NCBI GenBank assembly: GCA_024640685.1
Contig: JAHEEN010000003.1
Span: 1-58,516 of the forward strand
Length of the DNA stretch: 58,516 nt
Reading direction: 5' to 3'
From: Rhodospirillaceae bacterium
Lineage (GTDB): Bacteria > Pseudomonadota > Gammaproteobacteria > Steroidobacterales > Rariloculaceae
Shown here: in pieces, positions 9,475-19,553 of the stretch
Layout: each line of letters starts with the position of its first letter
Numbering within the stretch: the first letter of the stretch is position 1
Position numbers and translations under genes: made by a program
The notes under the pieces: model-generated
What the model saw: only the letters and a program-made list of their open reading frames with translations
What the model was told of the DNA's origin: nothing
Database searches by the model: none

Positions 9475-10872
9475 ATGGTCGAGGCCGTCGCACAACCGAG
9501 ATCCCAATTAAGCGCGGTCGACGCACTCCGTCTGCCACCGCATTCGGTGGAAGCCGAGCAGTCGTTGCTCGGTGGCATCATGCTCGATGCGTCGTCATGG
9601 GATCACGTCGCCGATGTCGTCAGTGCCGACGACTTCTATCGGTCTGATCACCGCCTGATCTTTACAGTCATCGGCACGCTGAACGAGCGCGACCGGGTGC
9701 CGGACGCGTTGACGGTCAGCGAGCTGCTGGATCGGCAGGGCGAGCTTGCGGCCGCCGGTGGCCTACCGTATCTATCGCAGCTCGTGCGCGACGTACCGAG
9801 TGCTGCGAACGTGCGCTCCTATGCGCGCATCATTCGCGAGCGCTCGATGCTGCGCCAGCTGATCTCGATCGGCAATTCGATTGCTGCAAGCGTTCATGAG
9901 GACGAAGGTCATACCGTCGAGCAGCTCGTCGATCTCGCCGAGCAGCGAGTCTTCGATATTGCCGATAAAGGGCAGCGCCGTGGCGCGGGCTTCGTCGCAC
10001 TGAAAGATATCTTGCCGGCCAGCATCGATCGGCTTGACGTGCTCAGTCACCACGAGGGCGATATCACCGGCATCCCCACCGGTTTTACCGACATGGACGA
10101 CCGGACGGCCGGTATGCAGCGCGGCGACCTCATCATCGTTGCCGGCCGGCCGTCGATGGGCAAAACGACGCTCGCTATGAATATCGCCGAGAACGCCGCA
10201 ATTGCGCATCGCGTCCCGACCGCGATATTCAGCATGGAAATGTCGGCCGAGCAGCTGAGCTTTCGGATGATCGCGTCGATCGGGCGCGTCAATCAGTCGC
10301 ATTTACGTAAGGGTAACTTGACGGATGAGGATTGGTCGCGGATCGACTCGGCCGTCTCGATCATGTCCGAGGCACCACTATACATCGATGACTCGGCTGG
10401 ATTGACGCCGACCGAAGTCCGGGCGCGCGCTCGTCGACTGAAGCGAGAGCATGATCTCGGTCTGATCGTCATCGACTACCTACAGCTGATGCAGGTCACC
10501 GGCACGAAGGAGAATCGTGCGACCGAAATATCGGAGATCTCACGGTCGCTGAAGGCGCTCGCGAAGGAACTCGGTGTTCCGGTCATCGCGCTGTCGCAGC
10601 TGAATCGTAGTGTCGAGCAGCGAACCGACAAGAGGCCCGTGATGTCGGACCTGCGCGAATCTGGCGCGATCGAGCAGGATGCCGACTTGATCGTCTTTAT
10701 TTATCGCGAAGAGGTTTATGAGCCCGACACGCCGCGGCGCGGCGTCGCTGACATCATCATCGGCAAGCAACGCAACGGCCCCGTCGGCGAGTTTCACCTG
10801 ACGTTTCTGGGGGAGTTCACGAAGTTCGAGAACCTCGTTGCGGAGGCCTACGGCGAAGGGGTACTTGGATAG
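9475..10872 (+). CDS. dnaB: Replicative DNA helicase
   Basis: PPHSVEAEQSLLG, Walker A GRPSMGKT, IDYLQLM, SQLNR and DLRESGAIEQDAD; no intein. Confidence 0.98.
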   Translation: MVEAVAQPRSQLSAVDALRLPPHSVEAEQSLLGGIMLDASSWDHVADVVSADDFYRSDHRLIFTVIGTLNERDRVPDALTVSELLDRQGELAAAGGLPYLSQLVRDVPSAANVRSYARIIRERSMLRQLISIGNSIAASVHEDEGHTVEQLVDLAEQRVFDIADKGQRRGAGFVALKDILPASIDRLDVLSHHEGDITGIPTGFTDMDDRTAGMQRGDLIIVAGRPSMGKTTLAMNIAENAAIAHRVPTAIFSMEMSAEQLSFRMIASIGRVNQSHLRKGNLTDEDWSRIDSAVSIMSEAPLYIDDSAGLTPTEVRARARRLKREHDLGLIVIDYLQLMQVTGTKENRATEISEISRSLKALAKELGVPVIALSQLNRSVEQRTDKRPVMSDLRESGAIEQDADLIVFIYREEVYEPDTPRRGVADIIIGKQRNGPVGEFHLTFLGEFTKFENLVAEAYGEGVLG

Positions 10873-10968
10873 CCGTGTGCGGTGTGTGCCGACAAGCAGG
10901 CTGTTGAAAATGTCTCTGACGAGTGCAGTTCAAGGCGAGAGCGTTGACACGTGCCGTCTAAGAGTCTG

Positions 10969-11784
10969 TTAGTTGATAAAGAACCCCATCTTGACACCGG
11001 CAAGCTGAATGACGTCGTTGTCCTCGAGCTTGCACGGCTGCGGGCCGATCGGCTGACCGTTGACCTTCGGAAAATCGTCGGGCTTGCCGCTTTCGACGTG
11101 CACAATGTAGAACCCTTTCGAGCGCCGCGTCACGGCGGCCACTTGCACGCCGGGGCGTCCGAGCGTCGTCAATGCCTTCGTCAAGTCGAGCTCGCGGCCG
11201 GCAAACGTGCCCGAGAGCACTTGTAGCTTCGCCTTTGGCAGCACTGGTCCCGCCTGCTGGTCGACGTTCTGCGTCTGCGTCGGGTTGAATTCCGAAGGCC
11301 TAGCGCCGCTGACGGCATCGTCGATCAGTTCGGCGGCGGCACCTGGCGCAATGCCGCTCGGCTTGGGCTCTTCGGTTGGTGCTACGACATCGGCTGCTTC
11401 GGTGACCTTCGCAATCTGCTTTTCCATGTCGCGATTAGGCTCGATCACCATCGTTTTTTGAAACTCGTCGTCGGGCCCGACGTCGGTTTCCTGCAGTTCG
11501 TCGTCGACGTACCGAAGCTGGTGATGACCGGCGGTGATGACGTCCCCGTGCTGCAACGCGTGCTTTTTTATCAGCTTCCCGTTGACGTAGGTGCCGTTCG
11601 TGCTATTCAAGTCCTCGAGAAACGAGTCGTTCAGAATGTTGATGATGAGCGAGTGGTGGCCGCTGACCGCGGCGTTATCGATGCGGATGTCGTTATCCGG
11701 CAGGCGCCCGATGGTATAGCGCTCCTTTGTCATGTTGTACTCGGCAAGGGTTTGCCCATCTAAGCTCAATATCAAACGTGCCAT
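10969..11784 (-). CDS. FHA domain protein (canonical N-terminal FHA, acidic linker, degenerate second FHA)
   Basis: IGR...VSGHH...DLNSTNGTYVNG; the C-terminal LGR...VNG repeat lacks SxxH. Confidence 0.88.
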   Translation of the reverse strand: MARLILSLDGQTLAEYNMTKERYTIGRLPDNDIRIDNAAVSGHHSLIINILNDSFLEDLNSTNGTYVNGKLIKKHALQHGDVITAGHHQLRYVDDELQETDVGPDDEFQKTMVIEPNRDMEKQIAKVTEAADVVAPTEEPKPSGIAPGAAAELIDDAVSGARPSEFNPTQTQNVDQQAGPVLPKAKLQVLSGTFAGRELDLTKALTTLGRPGVQVAAVTRRSKGFYIVHVESGKPDDFPKVNGQPIGPQPCKLEDNDVIQLAGVKMGFFIN

Positions 11785-11798
11785 CGTTATTGTTCCGA

Positions 11799-12623
11799 TT
11801 ATCCGAATAGGTTGCGAACCTTGGCCAACAGCCCCGCATTGGCGGGAAACGCGTCAACGACCTGTACGAGAATGACCGAGACGTTGTCCCGGCCGCCGTT
11901 GTCATTGGCGAGCTTGATCAGCTGCTGGCCGATTGTATCAATATTATTGTTAAACGTGCTGATCGTCAGATGGATATCCTCGTCTTCGACCATGTCCGGT
12001 AGGCCGTCCGAGCACATCAAGATGTAGTCGCCTTTGACGACGTCGATCTCTTGCACTTCGACTTCGACGCTGGACTCCACACCGAGCGCTCGCGTCACAT
12101 AGTTGCGATTCGTCGAGCGCGAGGCTTCCTCCTGTGAATAAAACCCACGGTCGACGAGCTCTTGCAGGAGCGAGTGATCCATCGTGATCTGCTCGAAGCG
12201 GTTGTCGCGCATCCGGTACAAACGCGAATCGCCGACGTGGGCGATCGAGACGCGGTTGTCGTAGAACAGGCATGCAACGAGCGTCGTGCCCATGCCTTCG
12301 CACTGCGGTTGCGACTGTGCGGTCTGGTTGATGATCTTGTTCGCGCGATGAATCGCGTCGCGCAGCACGATCGTCTGGCGCATGTAGCCGGTGCCTGCTT
12401 CGACCTCGTCGCGATCCTCGCGTTGACAGGCTTCGTTGACGAGATCGATGACCGTTTTGACGGCGATGCCGCTTGCGACCTCACCGGCGCTGTACCCGCC
12501 CATGCCGTCAGCGAGTACCCACAGGCCGATGTCCTTTACGCAGCCGATCGCATCCTCGTTGTGATCGCGAACGCGCCCGGTATCGGTTAGTTCGACAGCG
12601 GAGAATTTGTCCTTGAGGCTCAT
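11799..12623 (-). CDS. Stp1/IreP-family PP2C Ser/Thr phosphatase
   Basis: GRVRDHNED, ADGMGG, MGTT, HVGDSR, CSDGL and GGRDN. Confidence 0.94.
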   Translation of the reverse strand: MSLKDKFSAVELTDTGRVRDHNEDAIGCVKDIGLWVLADGMGGYSAGEVASGIAVKTVIDLVNEACQREDRDEVEAGTGYMRQTIVLRDAIHRANKIINQTAQSQPQCEGMGTTLVACLFYDNRVSIAHVGDSRLYRMRDNRFEQITMDHSLLQELVDRGFYSQEEASRSTNRNYVTRALGVESSVEVEVQEIDVVKGDYILMCSDGLPDMVEDEDIHLTISTFNNNIDTIGQQLIKLANDNGGRDNVSVILVQVVDAFPANAGLLAKVRNLFG

Positions 12624-12643
12624 GACGCTGGCGGCGATTTGAC

Positions 12644-14752
12644 TCAGCCCTCGGCCAGAATCGCGCGTAGCGAGCCTGCCATTTCGGCGCCATCGTCGAA
12701 GCGTGCCGCCGGCTCTTTTGCGAGCGCCTGCGCCAGCACGGTGTCGAGCGCGGATGGCAACTCGGCACGCAGTCCGGTGACAGGAATATGCGGTTCGTTC
12801 GAGATGACGAACATAAGCTCGGTCATGGAGGTTCCCCGGAAGGGCAGGTAGCCAGTCAGCAGCTGGTAAAGACTAACACCCAACGCGAATAAGTCGGTGT
12901 GTCCGTTCACATTTTCCCCTTCGAGCTGTTCCGGCGACATGTACGACGGCGTGCCGAGAATCACCCCTGTGCGCGTGCGGCTGACGTCCATGAGCCGAGC
13001 GACCCCGAAGTCCGTGATTTTCAACGAATTCGTGGTTGAATCATACATAATATTGGCCGGCTTGATATCCCTGTGGACAACGTTCTGGTGGTGCGCGTAG
13101 TCGAGCGCGTCGGCGGCGCGGGCGATCAAGTCGATGACGTCGCGATACGGCAGCAACGTATCCGGCGTCGTGTGGTCGCTCAAGTGGATACCGCGCACGT
13201 ACTCCATTGCGATGAACGCGACGCCGTGTTCCTCGCCGACGTCGAAGATCGTCACGATTCCCGGATGCGATAGCCGAGCAGCGATTTCCGCCTCGAGCTC
13301 GAAGCGCTCGCGGGCTTCTTCAACGTATCCGGCCTCGAACTCTTTGGCGAGATCGATTGCCTTGATTGCGACGATCCGATTCAACGATGGATCCCGGCCG
13401 AGGTACACACGGCCCATTGCGCCGCTGCCGATAACGCCTAGAACCTCATAGCGGCCGAGCGTATCGGGCCGTCGTTGCTCGCCGGGATGCTCGTCGGTCG
13501 GTGCGGAGCAACATGCGACGAGCCGGCTCGTGACGTCCTTGAAGCTCGCATCGGCCTGTGCGACGCGGTGAAACGCATCGGCGGCGAGCTTCTGCTCGCC
13601 GTCCTCCTCGAGCGCGCACCCGAGCGCGTAGATCTCGCCGATCAAGTCGCTCGCGATCGGCAGGCGCCGGTAGACATCCCAAGCTTCGACGAACGCCCGC
13701 TCCGCAACGAGTCGCCGGCCGTCGATCAGCGTCACGCGCTCCTCGGCCGTTTTGCGCTGTTGCGCGCGCCGTTCCGGTCGCCTGAACCCGAGCCCGGCGA
13801 GGCCTGCGAGCAGCAGCGTGGGCCCGCCAGCCGGGATCCAGACGTCTGCCAAGACGAATGCGGCGCCCGCGAGGGCCAGCGCACTCGCTGCGGCGACTGT
13901 CGCCATCGCGACGGCGATCAGCCCACCGAGCGACGCCAGCCCAATCGCGCCTGTCCACGCGGCCGCGAAGAGCCAGCCCGCCGCAGTTGCGGCGACGGAC
14001 GTTTCCACAGCGTCGGATGCTCGGTAGCCGGCGATCGTGTGCGCAACCAGCTGCGTCGTCGTCAGGGGGCCTACCGGCGTGTCGTGGAAGACACCGTCGC
14101 CGATACCGATGACGACGATCTTGCCGGTCAACGCATCGCCGCGTTGGCGAATATCGTCGAGGCTGACTGGGGCAAGACTCTCAGGGTCGTAGTAGCGCAA
14201 CCAGCGTCGGCCGCTACCGTCGGTCTTCAGCGCAATATCTCCCGGCGCCGTCGGGCTCGGCTTCAAGGCGTCGGTTTGGCGTTGTGTTAGGCGGCGCGCT
14301 GCTGCCAACGGCAACGAATCGGTACCGGCCAAATCTCCAAGCTGCGGACGGTCGTACCGCAGCACGCCATCGAAGTCTCCACGTGGCCACCAAAAGCCAC
14401 CTTCGATCCAATGCGTTTGCCGAAGCACCGGCATTTTCGCAGTCGCGACGGCAACGGGTCCGACGACCGGCACGTTACCCGCCGGGACGATCGGTGCGTC
14501 GGGTAGCGTCGTGACCAGTAGCGCCGCGCGTTGCCAGCGTGCGGTTTCGACGATGCCGGGCTGCTCGGCGCCGTCAGTGACGTCAAGCAAAACGAAGTCG
14601 TCGGGAGCTTCCTCGAGGTCGAGTCGCAGCCACGCGTCGTACAACGCGCGGTCGAAGCGTTGCACGAACTGCCCCGGGGGCAGGCTTGCTGCGCCGATCG
14701 ATAAGCCGACGAGCGCGACGAGCCGGGGCAGCGTCAAACGTGCCAGCGTCAC
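12644..14752 (-). CDS. Membrane Ser/Thr protein kinase with CHASE2-like sensor domain
   Basis: Hanks kinase motifs GSGAMGRVY, VAIK, HRDIKPAN, DFG and GTPSYMSPE. The N-terminal region has DFDGVLR, GKIVVIG and TPVG (CHASE2-like), followed by about 3 TM helices. Confidence 0.88.
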   Translation of the reverse strand: MTLARLTLPRLVALVGLSIGAASLPPGQFVQRFDRALYDAWLRLDLEEAPDDFVLLDVTDGAEQPGIVETARWQRAALLVTTLPDAPIVPAGNVPVVGPVAVATAKMPVLRQTHWIEGGFWWPRGDFDGVLRYDRPQLGDLAGTDSLPLAAARRLTQRQTDALKPSPTAPGDIALKTDGSGRRWLRYYDPESLAPVSLDDIRQRGDALTGKIVVIGIGDGVFHDTPVGPLTTTQLVAHTIAGYRASDAVETSVAATAAGWLFAAAWTGAIGLASLGGLIAVAMATVAAASALALAGAAFVLADVWIPAGGPTLLLAGLAGLGFRRPERRAQQRKTAEERVTLIDGRRLVAERAFVEAWDVYRRLPIASDLIGEIYALGCALEEDGEQKLAADAFHRVAQADASFKDVTSRLVACCSAPTDEHPGEQRRPDTLGRYEVLGVIGSGAMGRVYLGRDPSLNRIVAIKAIDLAKEFEAGYVEEARERFELEAEIAARLSHPGIVTIFDVGEEHGVAFIAMEYVRGIHLSDHTTPDTLLPYRDVIDLIARAADALDYAHHQNVVHRDIKPANIMYDSTTNSLKITDFGVARLMDVSRTRTGVILGTPSYMSPEQLEGENVNGHTDLFALGVSLYQLLTGYLPFRGTSMTELMFVISNEPHIPVTGLRAELPSALDTVLAQALAKEPAARFDDGAEMAGSLRAILAEG

Positions 14753-14968
14753 GGCTGAGCGCCGCTCAGAGGCTGCGAGCGCGGCGTTTTGGAGTTACGT
14801 TGTCCCGTGGCGCATCTCATAGCCGCCTGGGCTCCCGGAGGTCGTTAAGCTCACCAGTATGCCAGTCGACCTAACGGCACCATGTGACCTGGCGCAGCTT
14901 TCGAATACCCCAACCAAGCCACAAAACGCCGGAACTTGCGACCAATCGGCAGGTGCTATGCTTCGACG

Positions 14969-16330
14969 ATGTCGAAGACCCGACGTGTCTACACCTGTGG
15001 CGACTGTGGCGCGCAGCACCTGAAGTGGCAGGGCCAGTGCCCGGACTGCGGCGCGTGGAACGCGTTGGCCGAGACACGCGACAGCCATCGCCAATCTCGC
15101 GATCGGGCGCCGCGCCCGGAGAGCGCGCCGCGCGCGCGTCTCGACCAGCTTGCCGTCGTCGAGTCACGTCGCTCGAGTAGCGGATTCACCGAACTCGATC
15201 GCGTTCTCGGCGGTGGCTTCGTCAACGGCGGCTGTGTGCTGATCGGCGGCGATCCGGGCATCGGCAAATCGACGTTATTGCTCGGTGCTGCGGCGAGGTT
15301 GAGCGCCGCACGGCGCGTCTGTTACGTGACGGGTGAGGAGTCGCTCGATCAAGTTGCGATGCGCGCATCTCGGCTCGAAGTTGCCGACGCGCCCATCGAG
15401 ATGCTCGCCGAGACGTGTGTCGAGGCGATCATCGAGCAACTGTCGGCCGAGCCTCCGGAGGTGCTGATCGTCGACTCTGTCCAGTGCCTCTACAGCGAAG
15501 CGTTGGATTCCGCGCCCGGCTCGGTCAGCCAGGTCCGCGAGAGCGCTGGTCAGCTGGTGCGTTTTGCCAAGCAGCGCAATGTCACGACCGTACTCGTCGG
15601 TCACGTCACGAAGGAGGGTACGCTAGCGGGGCCACGTGTGCTCGAGCACATGGTCGACACGGTTCTCTATTTCGAGACGGACGTCGGCAGCCGCTTCCGG
15701 ATCATTCGAGCCGTCAAAAACCGGTTCGGTGCCGCGAACGAGCTCGGTTTCTTCGTCATGGGCGAGCAGGGCTTCAAGGAGGTCAAGAACCCATCGGCGA
15801 TATTTCTCGCCCAACGCGCCGCGGCTGTCGCCGGCAGCGTCACGCTCGCGACACGCGAGAGCTCGCGAACGCTGCTCGTCGAAGTCCAAGCGCTCGTCGA
15901 CTCACAGCCGGGGGGTGCGCGCCGGCTTGCACAGGGATTCGATACACAACGCATGAACCTATTGCTGGCCGTTGCGCACCGTCACTGCGGAATCGGTATT
16001 GGCGACGGGGACGTTTTCGCCAACGTCGCCGGGGGGCTCAGAATCAACGAAACGGCAGCCGATCTGGCGGCATTGCTAGCGATTGTATCGAGCTACCTCG
16101 ATCGCCCTTTGCCGGGAGATCTGGTTGTCTTTGGCGAAGTCGGGTTGACCGGAGAGATTCGCCCGGTGCCGTTCGGCGAGGAGCGGCTCGTCGAGGCGCA
16201 GAAGCACGGCTTCAAGCGCGCGATCGTGCCGATCGCCAATCAGCCGCGGCAGACGCGTATCGAGATCGAGGTCTGCGGCGTCGCCCGGTTGGACGAGGCG
16301 TTTGACGCCGTCGGGTTCGCTGTCGGCTAA
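14969..16330 (+). CDS. radA: DNA repair protein RadA/Sms
   Basis: C4 zinc finger (CGDC...CPDC), GDPGIGKST, KNRFG and Lon-like C-terminus. Confidence 0.97.
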   Translation: MSKTRRVYTCGDCGAQHLKWQGQCPDCGAWNALAETRDSHRQSRDRAPRPESAPRARLDQLAVVESRRSSSGFTELDRVLGGGFVNGGCVLIGGDPGIGKSTLLLGAAARLSAARRVCYVTGEESLDQVAMRASRLEVADAPIEMLAETCVEAIIEQLSAEPPEVLIVDSVQCLYSEALDSAPGSVSQVRESAGQLVRFAKQRNVTTVLVGHVTKEGTLAGPRVLEHMVDTVLYFETDVGSRFRIIRAVKNRFGAANELGFFVMGEQGFKEVKNPSAIFLAQRAAAVAGSVTLATRESSRTLLVEVQALVDSQPGGARRLAQGFDTQRMNLLLAVAHRHCGIGIGDGDVFANVAGGLRINETAADLAALLAIVSSYLDRPLPGDLVVFGEVGLTGEIRPVPFGEERLVEAQKHGFKRAIVPIANQPRQTRIEIEVCGVARLDEAFDAVGFAVG

Positions 16331-16334
16331 CGAG

Positions 16335-17633
16335 CTACCCGCCGAGCGCCGACAGCTGCGGTATCTCTGCGCCGTGATCGGGAACTCGAATTCGGACGCG
16401 GCGAATTGCATGCTCGGTCGTATCGAGAATTTCGAGCGGATAACCGGCTAACGTCAGCTGCGTCCCGGCCTCCGGGATCATCTCGAGTTCTTCGATGATC
16501 AGGCCGTTCAGGGTCTTTGGGCCGTCCGTCGGCAGCTCCCAGCTCATGAGCCGGTTCAGTTGGCGAATGTTCGCGCTTGCGTCGATGACGAATGCGTCGT
16601 CGCGATCCTGGCTGACTTCCGGGCCGATTGGGCCGGGGTCAGTGCCAAACTCTCCGACGATTTCGCGGATCACGTCCTCGGTCGTGACGAGCCCTTGGAT
16701 GTCGCCGTATTCGTCGACGGCAAATGCGAACCGCTGTTTGAGCCTTTGAAAGTTCACGAGTTGCTTGTTCAGCGGTGTGCCTTCGGGTACGAAGTAGGGC
16801 TCCTGCGTTTTCGCGAGCAGCACGGGTTCGTCGAGCGTTCCATTGGCGAGTTCCGAGAGGACGCTGCGCAAGTGGATGACGCCGACGATCTTGTCGATGT
16901 CACCACGAAAGACTGGTAGGCGGCTGTAGCCGGCATTGCGTACGAGCTCGAGATTGGTGCTCCAAGGCTCATCGAGATTGATGCCGACGATCTCTTGGCG
17001 CGGCACCATGACGTCGTCGACTGTGACGTCGCCGAGGTCCAAGATGCTCAGTAGCATGCGTTGATGGCGGCGCGGCATCATGTGCTTCGACTCGGTGACG
17101 AGCGTGCGCAGCTCCGCCTCGCTCAAAGCGTTGTCCTGGTCGAGCTGGCCGCCGAACCCAAGCAGGCGCAGCAGGCCGTTGGCGAGCATGCTGACCACCC
17201 AAACCAGGGGATAAGCGACTTTGAGCAGCGGGTAGTAGATCAGCGCGGCCGGCAGCGCGACCTTTGACGGGTAACGTGCGGCGATCGTTTTCGGCGTGAC
17301 CTCCGCAAAGATCAGTACGACGACCGTCAGCATCATCGTGCCTGCGAAAATCGCAGCCTCGCCGCCAATGCGTATTGCGATGACCGTCACGAGTGCGGCT
17401 GCGGCGAGGTTGACCGCATTGTTGCCGAGCAAGATCAACCCAATCAGCCGATCGGGACGTTCGAGCAACTTCTCTGTCAGGCGAGCGGCATGGTGACCGG
17501 AGCGCGCACGGTGCCGCAACCGATAACGGTTGAGGCTCATCAGGGCTGTTTCCGTGCTGGAGAAGAACGCGGACAGAACGAGCAAAACGATGAGTAGGCC
17601 AAATAACAGACCTAGCGGAACGTCTTCACTCAA
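16335..17633 (-). CDS. HlyC/CorC (CNNM-CBS-CorC) family membrane protein, YfjD-like
   Basis: SAFFSSTETALMS, ILLGNNAVN, AEVTPKT, CBS pair, VDEYG and PKTLNG. A TTG start at 17633 is inferred; the upstream part of the ORF-track call overlaps ffh. Confidence 0.9.
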   Translation of the reverse strand: MSEDVPLGLLFGLLIVLLVLSAFFSSTETALMSLNRYRLRHRARSGHHAARLTEKLLERPDRLIGLILLGNNAVNLAAAALVTVIAIRIGGEAAIFAGTMMLTVVVLIFAEVTPKTIAARYPSKVALPAALIYYPLLKVAYPLVWVVSMLANGLLRLLGFGGQLDQDNALSEAELRTLVTESKHMMPRRHQRMLLSILDLGDVTVDDVMVPRQEIVGINLDEPWSTNLELVRNAGYSRLPVFRGDIDKIVGVIHLRSVLSELANGTLDEPVLLAKTQEPYFVPEGTPLNKQLVNFQRLKQRFAFAVDEYGDIQGLVTTEDVIREIVGEFGTDPGPIGPEVSQDRDDAFVIDASANIRQLNRLMSWELPTDGPKTLNGLIIEELEMIPEAGTQLTLAGYPLEILDTTEHAIRRVRIRVPDHGAEIPQLSALGG

Positions 17634-17777
17634 AAAGGGTAGCCCTCTCGCCGTACGGGACCTCGTAGATTGGCGGCCCGTACAAAGCGTGTCAAGGACA
17701 CCGAGCGCAATCCGTTGGCCGGGCGCCGGTCGTGGTACGCTTCTGCGCTGCCCGCCGCCGTCGATAGGACCGCCCCG

Positions 17778-19139
17778 ATGTTCCAGTCTCTTAGCGATCG
17801 TCTGACGAAGGTCGTCGGCAAGCTGACCGGCCGCGGCCGGATCACCGAGGACAACGTCCGCACGACCGTCCGGCAAATTCGCATGGCGTTGCTCGAGGCC
17901 GACGTTGCGTTGCCGGTTGCCAAGGCGCTCGTCGATCGCGTCCTAGAGCGGGCGCTAGGCGAGGAGGTTGCCGCAAGCCTCAACCCGGGGCAGGTGTTCG
18001 TCAAGATCGTCAATGACGAGCTCGTGACCGTCCTCGGTGGCACGGTGTCGCCGCTGGCCGCCCGCGGCCGACCAGGCGTCGTACTGCTCGTGGGTCTGCA
18101 AGGTGCCGGCAAAACGACGACTGCAGCGAAAATTGCCGAGCTTCTAGGCAAGCGCGACAGGGACCGAGTCTGTCTCGTCAGCACCGACATTTATCGCCCA
18201 GCTGCTCGCGAGCAGCTTGCTACCCTTGCCGAACAACTTAGCGTTCGTTGTCTCGTGCCGGACAGCGACGATCCGGTCGCAATCGCGACCGAAGCGCTTG
18301 CGACGGCGCGCCACGAGGGCTTCCGCTGGCTCATCGTCGATACCGCGGGCCGCCTGCATGTCGACGCTGAGCTGATGGCCGAGGTCGCGTCGATTTATTC
18401 TGCCGTCGATCCCGATGAGACGCTGTTCGTCGTCGACGCGATGGCCGGCCAGGATGCAGTCAACAGCGCCCGGGTATTCCACGACCGGCTCGCGCTGACC
18501 GGGGCCGTGTTGACCAAGGCCGACGGTGACGCCCGCGGCGGTGTCGCATTATCGGTTCGCGAGGTGACGGGTGTGCCGATTCGGTTGCTGGGCACCGGCG
18601 AGCGGCTCGACGCACTCGAGCCGTTCGTGCCCGAGCGCATGGCGTCGAGAATTCTCGGCATGGGTGACGTCGTCGGGCTCGTCGAGACCGTCGAGCGCGC
18701 CGTCGATCGAGACCAGGCCGAGCGAATGGCCGCCAAGGTCAAGCGCGGGCGCGCATTGTCGCTCGAAGACTTTCGCACGCAACTCGAGCAGATTCAGAGC
18801 ATGGGCGGGCTGGCCGGGCTCGTCGACAAGCTGCCTGGCGTTCCGGCGGGCGCACTGGCGCAAGCGAATGTCGACGAGCGCCAGATTCGCCATCAGATTG
18901 CGCTGATCGACTCGATGACGCCGGGCGAACGTCGCAATCCCAGTGTCATCGACGGCTCCCGTAAGCGCCGGATTGCCGCGGGTGCCGGCTCGTCGGTCCA
19001 AGCGGTCAATCGGCTGTTGAAGCAGCACAAAACGCTAGCGAAGACGATGAAGCGTGCCGCGCGGGCTGGCGGGCTCGAGCGGCTCTTGGCCGGCGGGATC
19101 GGGGGCGCTCCAGGACGCCGCGGGCGCATGGGTCGCTAG
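17778..19139 (+). CDS. ffh: Signal recognition particle protein
   Basis: MFQSLSDRL, ALLEADV, GLQGAGKTT, DTAGR, TKADGDARGG and SRILGMGD. Confidence 0.97.
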   Translation: MFQSLSDRLTKVVGKLTGRGRITEDNVRTTVRQIRMALLEADVALPVAKALVDRVLERALGEEVAASLNPGQVFVKIVNDELVTVLGGTVSPLAARGRPGVVLLVGLQGAGKTTTAAKIAELLGKRDRDRVCLVSTDIYRPAAREQLATLAEQLSVRCLVPDSDDPVAIATEALATARHEGFRWLIVDTAGRLHVDAELMAEVASIYSAVDPDETLFVVDAMAGQDAVNSARVFHDRLALTGAVLTKADGDARGGVALSVREVTGVPIRLLGTGERLDALEPFVPERMASRILGMGDVVGLVETVERAVDRDQAERMAAKVKRGRALSLEDFRTQLEQIQSMGGLAGLVDKLPGVPAGALAQANVDERQIRHQIALIDSMTPGERRNPSVIDGSRKRRIAAGAGSSVQAVNRLLKQHKTLAKTMKRAARAGGLERLLAGGIGGAPGRRGRMGR

Positions 19140-19176
19140 CCCTGTGCGATCTCCGGCTCAGCAGCGCGGTAAACGC

Positions 19177-19204
19177 TTTCAATCCCCCGCCATTCCAGTA
19201 AAAT
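19177..19204 (+). promoter_or_regulatory. Putative promoter of the rpsP operon
   Basis: TTTCAA-16 bp-TAAAAT followed by a GC-rich discriminator (GCGCGCCC). Confidence 0.55.
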
Positions 19205-19274
19205 GCGCGCCCTGGACCGCGGTCGGGGCAGCCGGCCGCCGCAACCACTCTGAAAGGATTTACGGGCTCGACTC

Positions 19275-19529
19275 ATGGTGACGATTCGTCTATCTCGGGG
19301 CGGCGCGAAGAAGCGACCGTTCTATCACATTGTAGTGACCGACAGCCGCAGTCGGCGTGACGGCCGTTACCTCGAGCGACTGGGCTACTTCAACCCGGTC
19401 GCGACCGGGGGTGAGTCGAAGCTCACGATGGATCTCGAGCGCGCGGACTACTGGATCTCGCAGGGCGCACAGCCCTCGGCGCGCGTTGAAAACCTGATGA
19501 AACAAGTCAGGGTCGGCGCCGAAGCCTAG
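19275..19529 (+). CDS. rpsP: 30S ribosomal protein S16
   Basis: [29 protein letters not shown]...GAQPS. Confidence 0.98.
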   Translation: MVTIRLSRGGAKKRPFYHIVVTDSRSRRDGRYLERLGYFNPVATGGESKLTMDLERADYWISQGAQPSARVENLMKQVRVGAEA

Positions 19530-19553
19530 CGCTCCTGGCCGCAACGGCGGTCG

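Noticed and set aside
10969-14752. Type VI secretion locus
   Set aside because: Kinase, phosphatase and FHA genes are present, but there are no tss, hcp or vgrG genes in the window.
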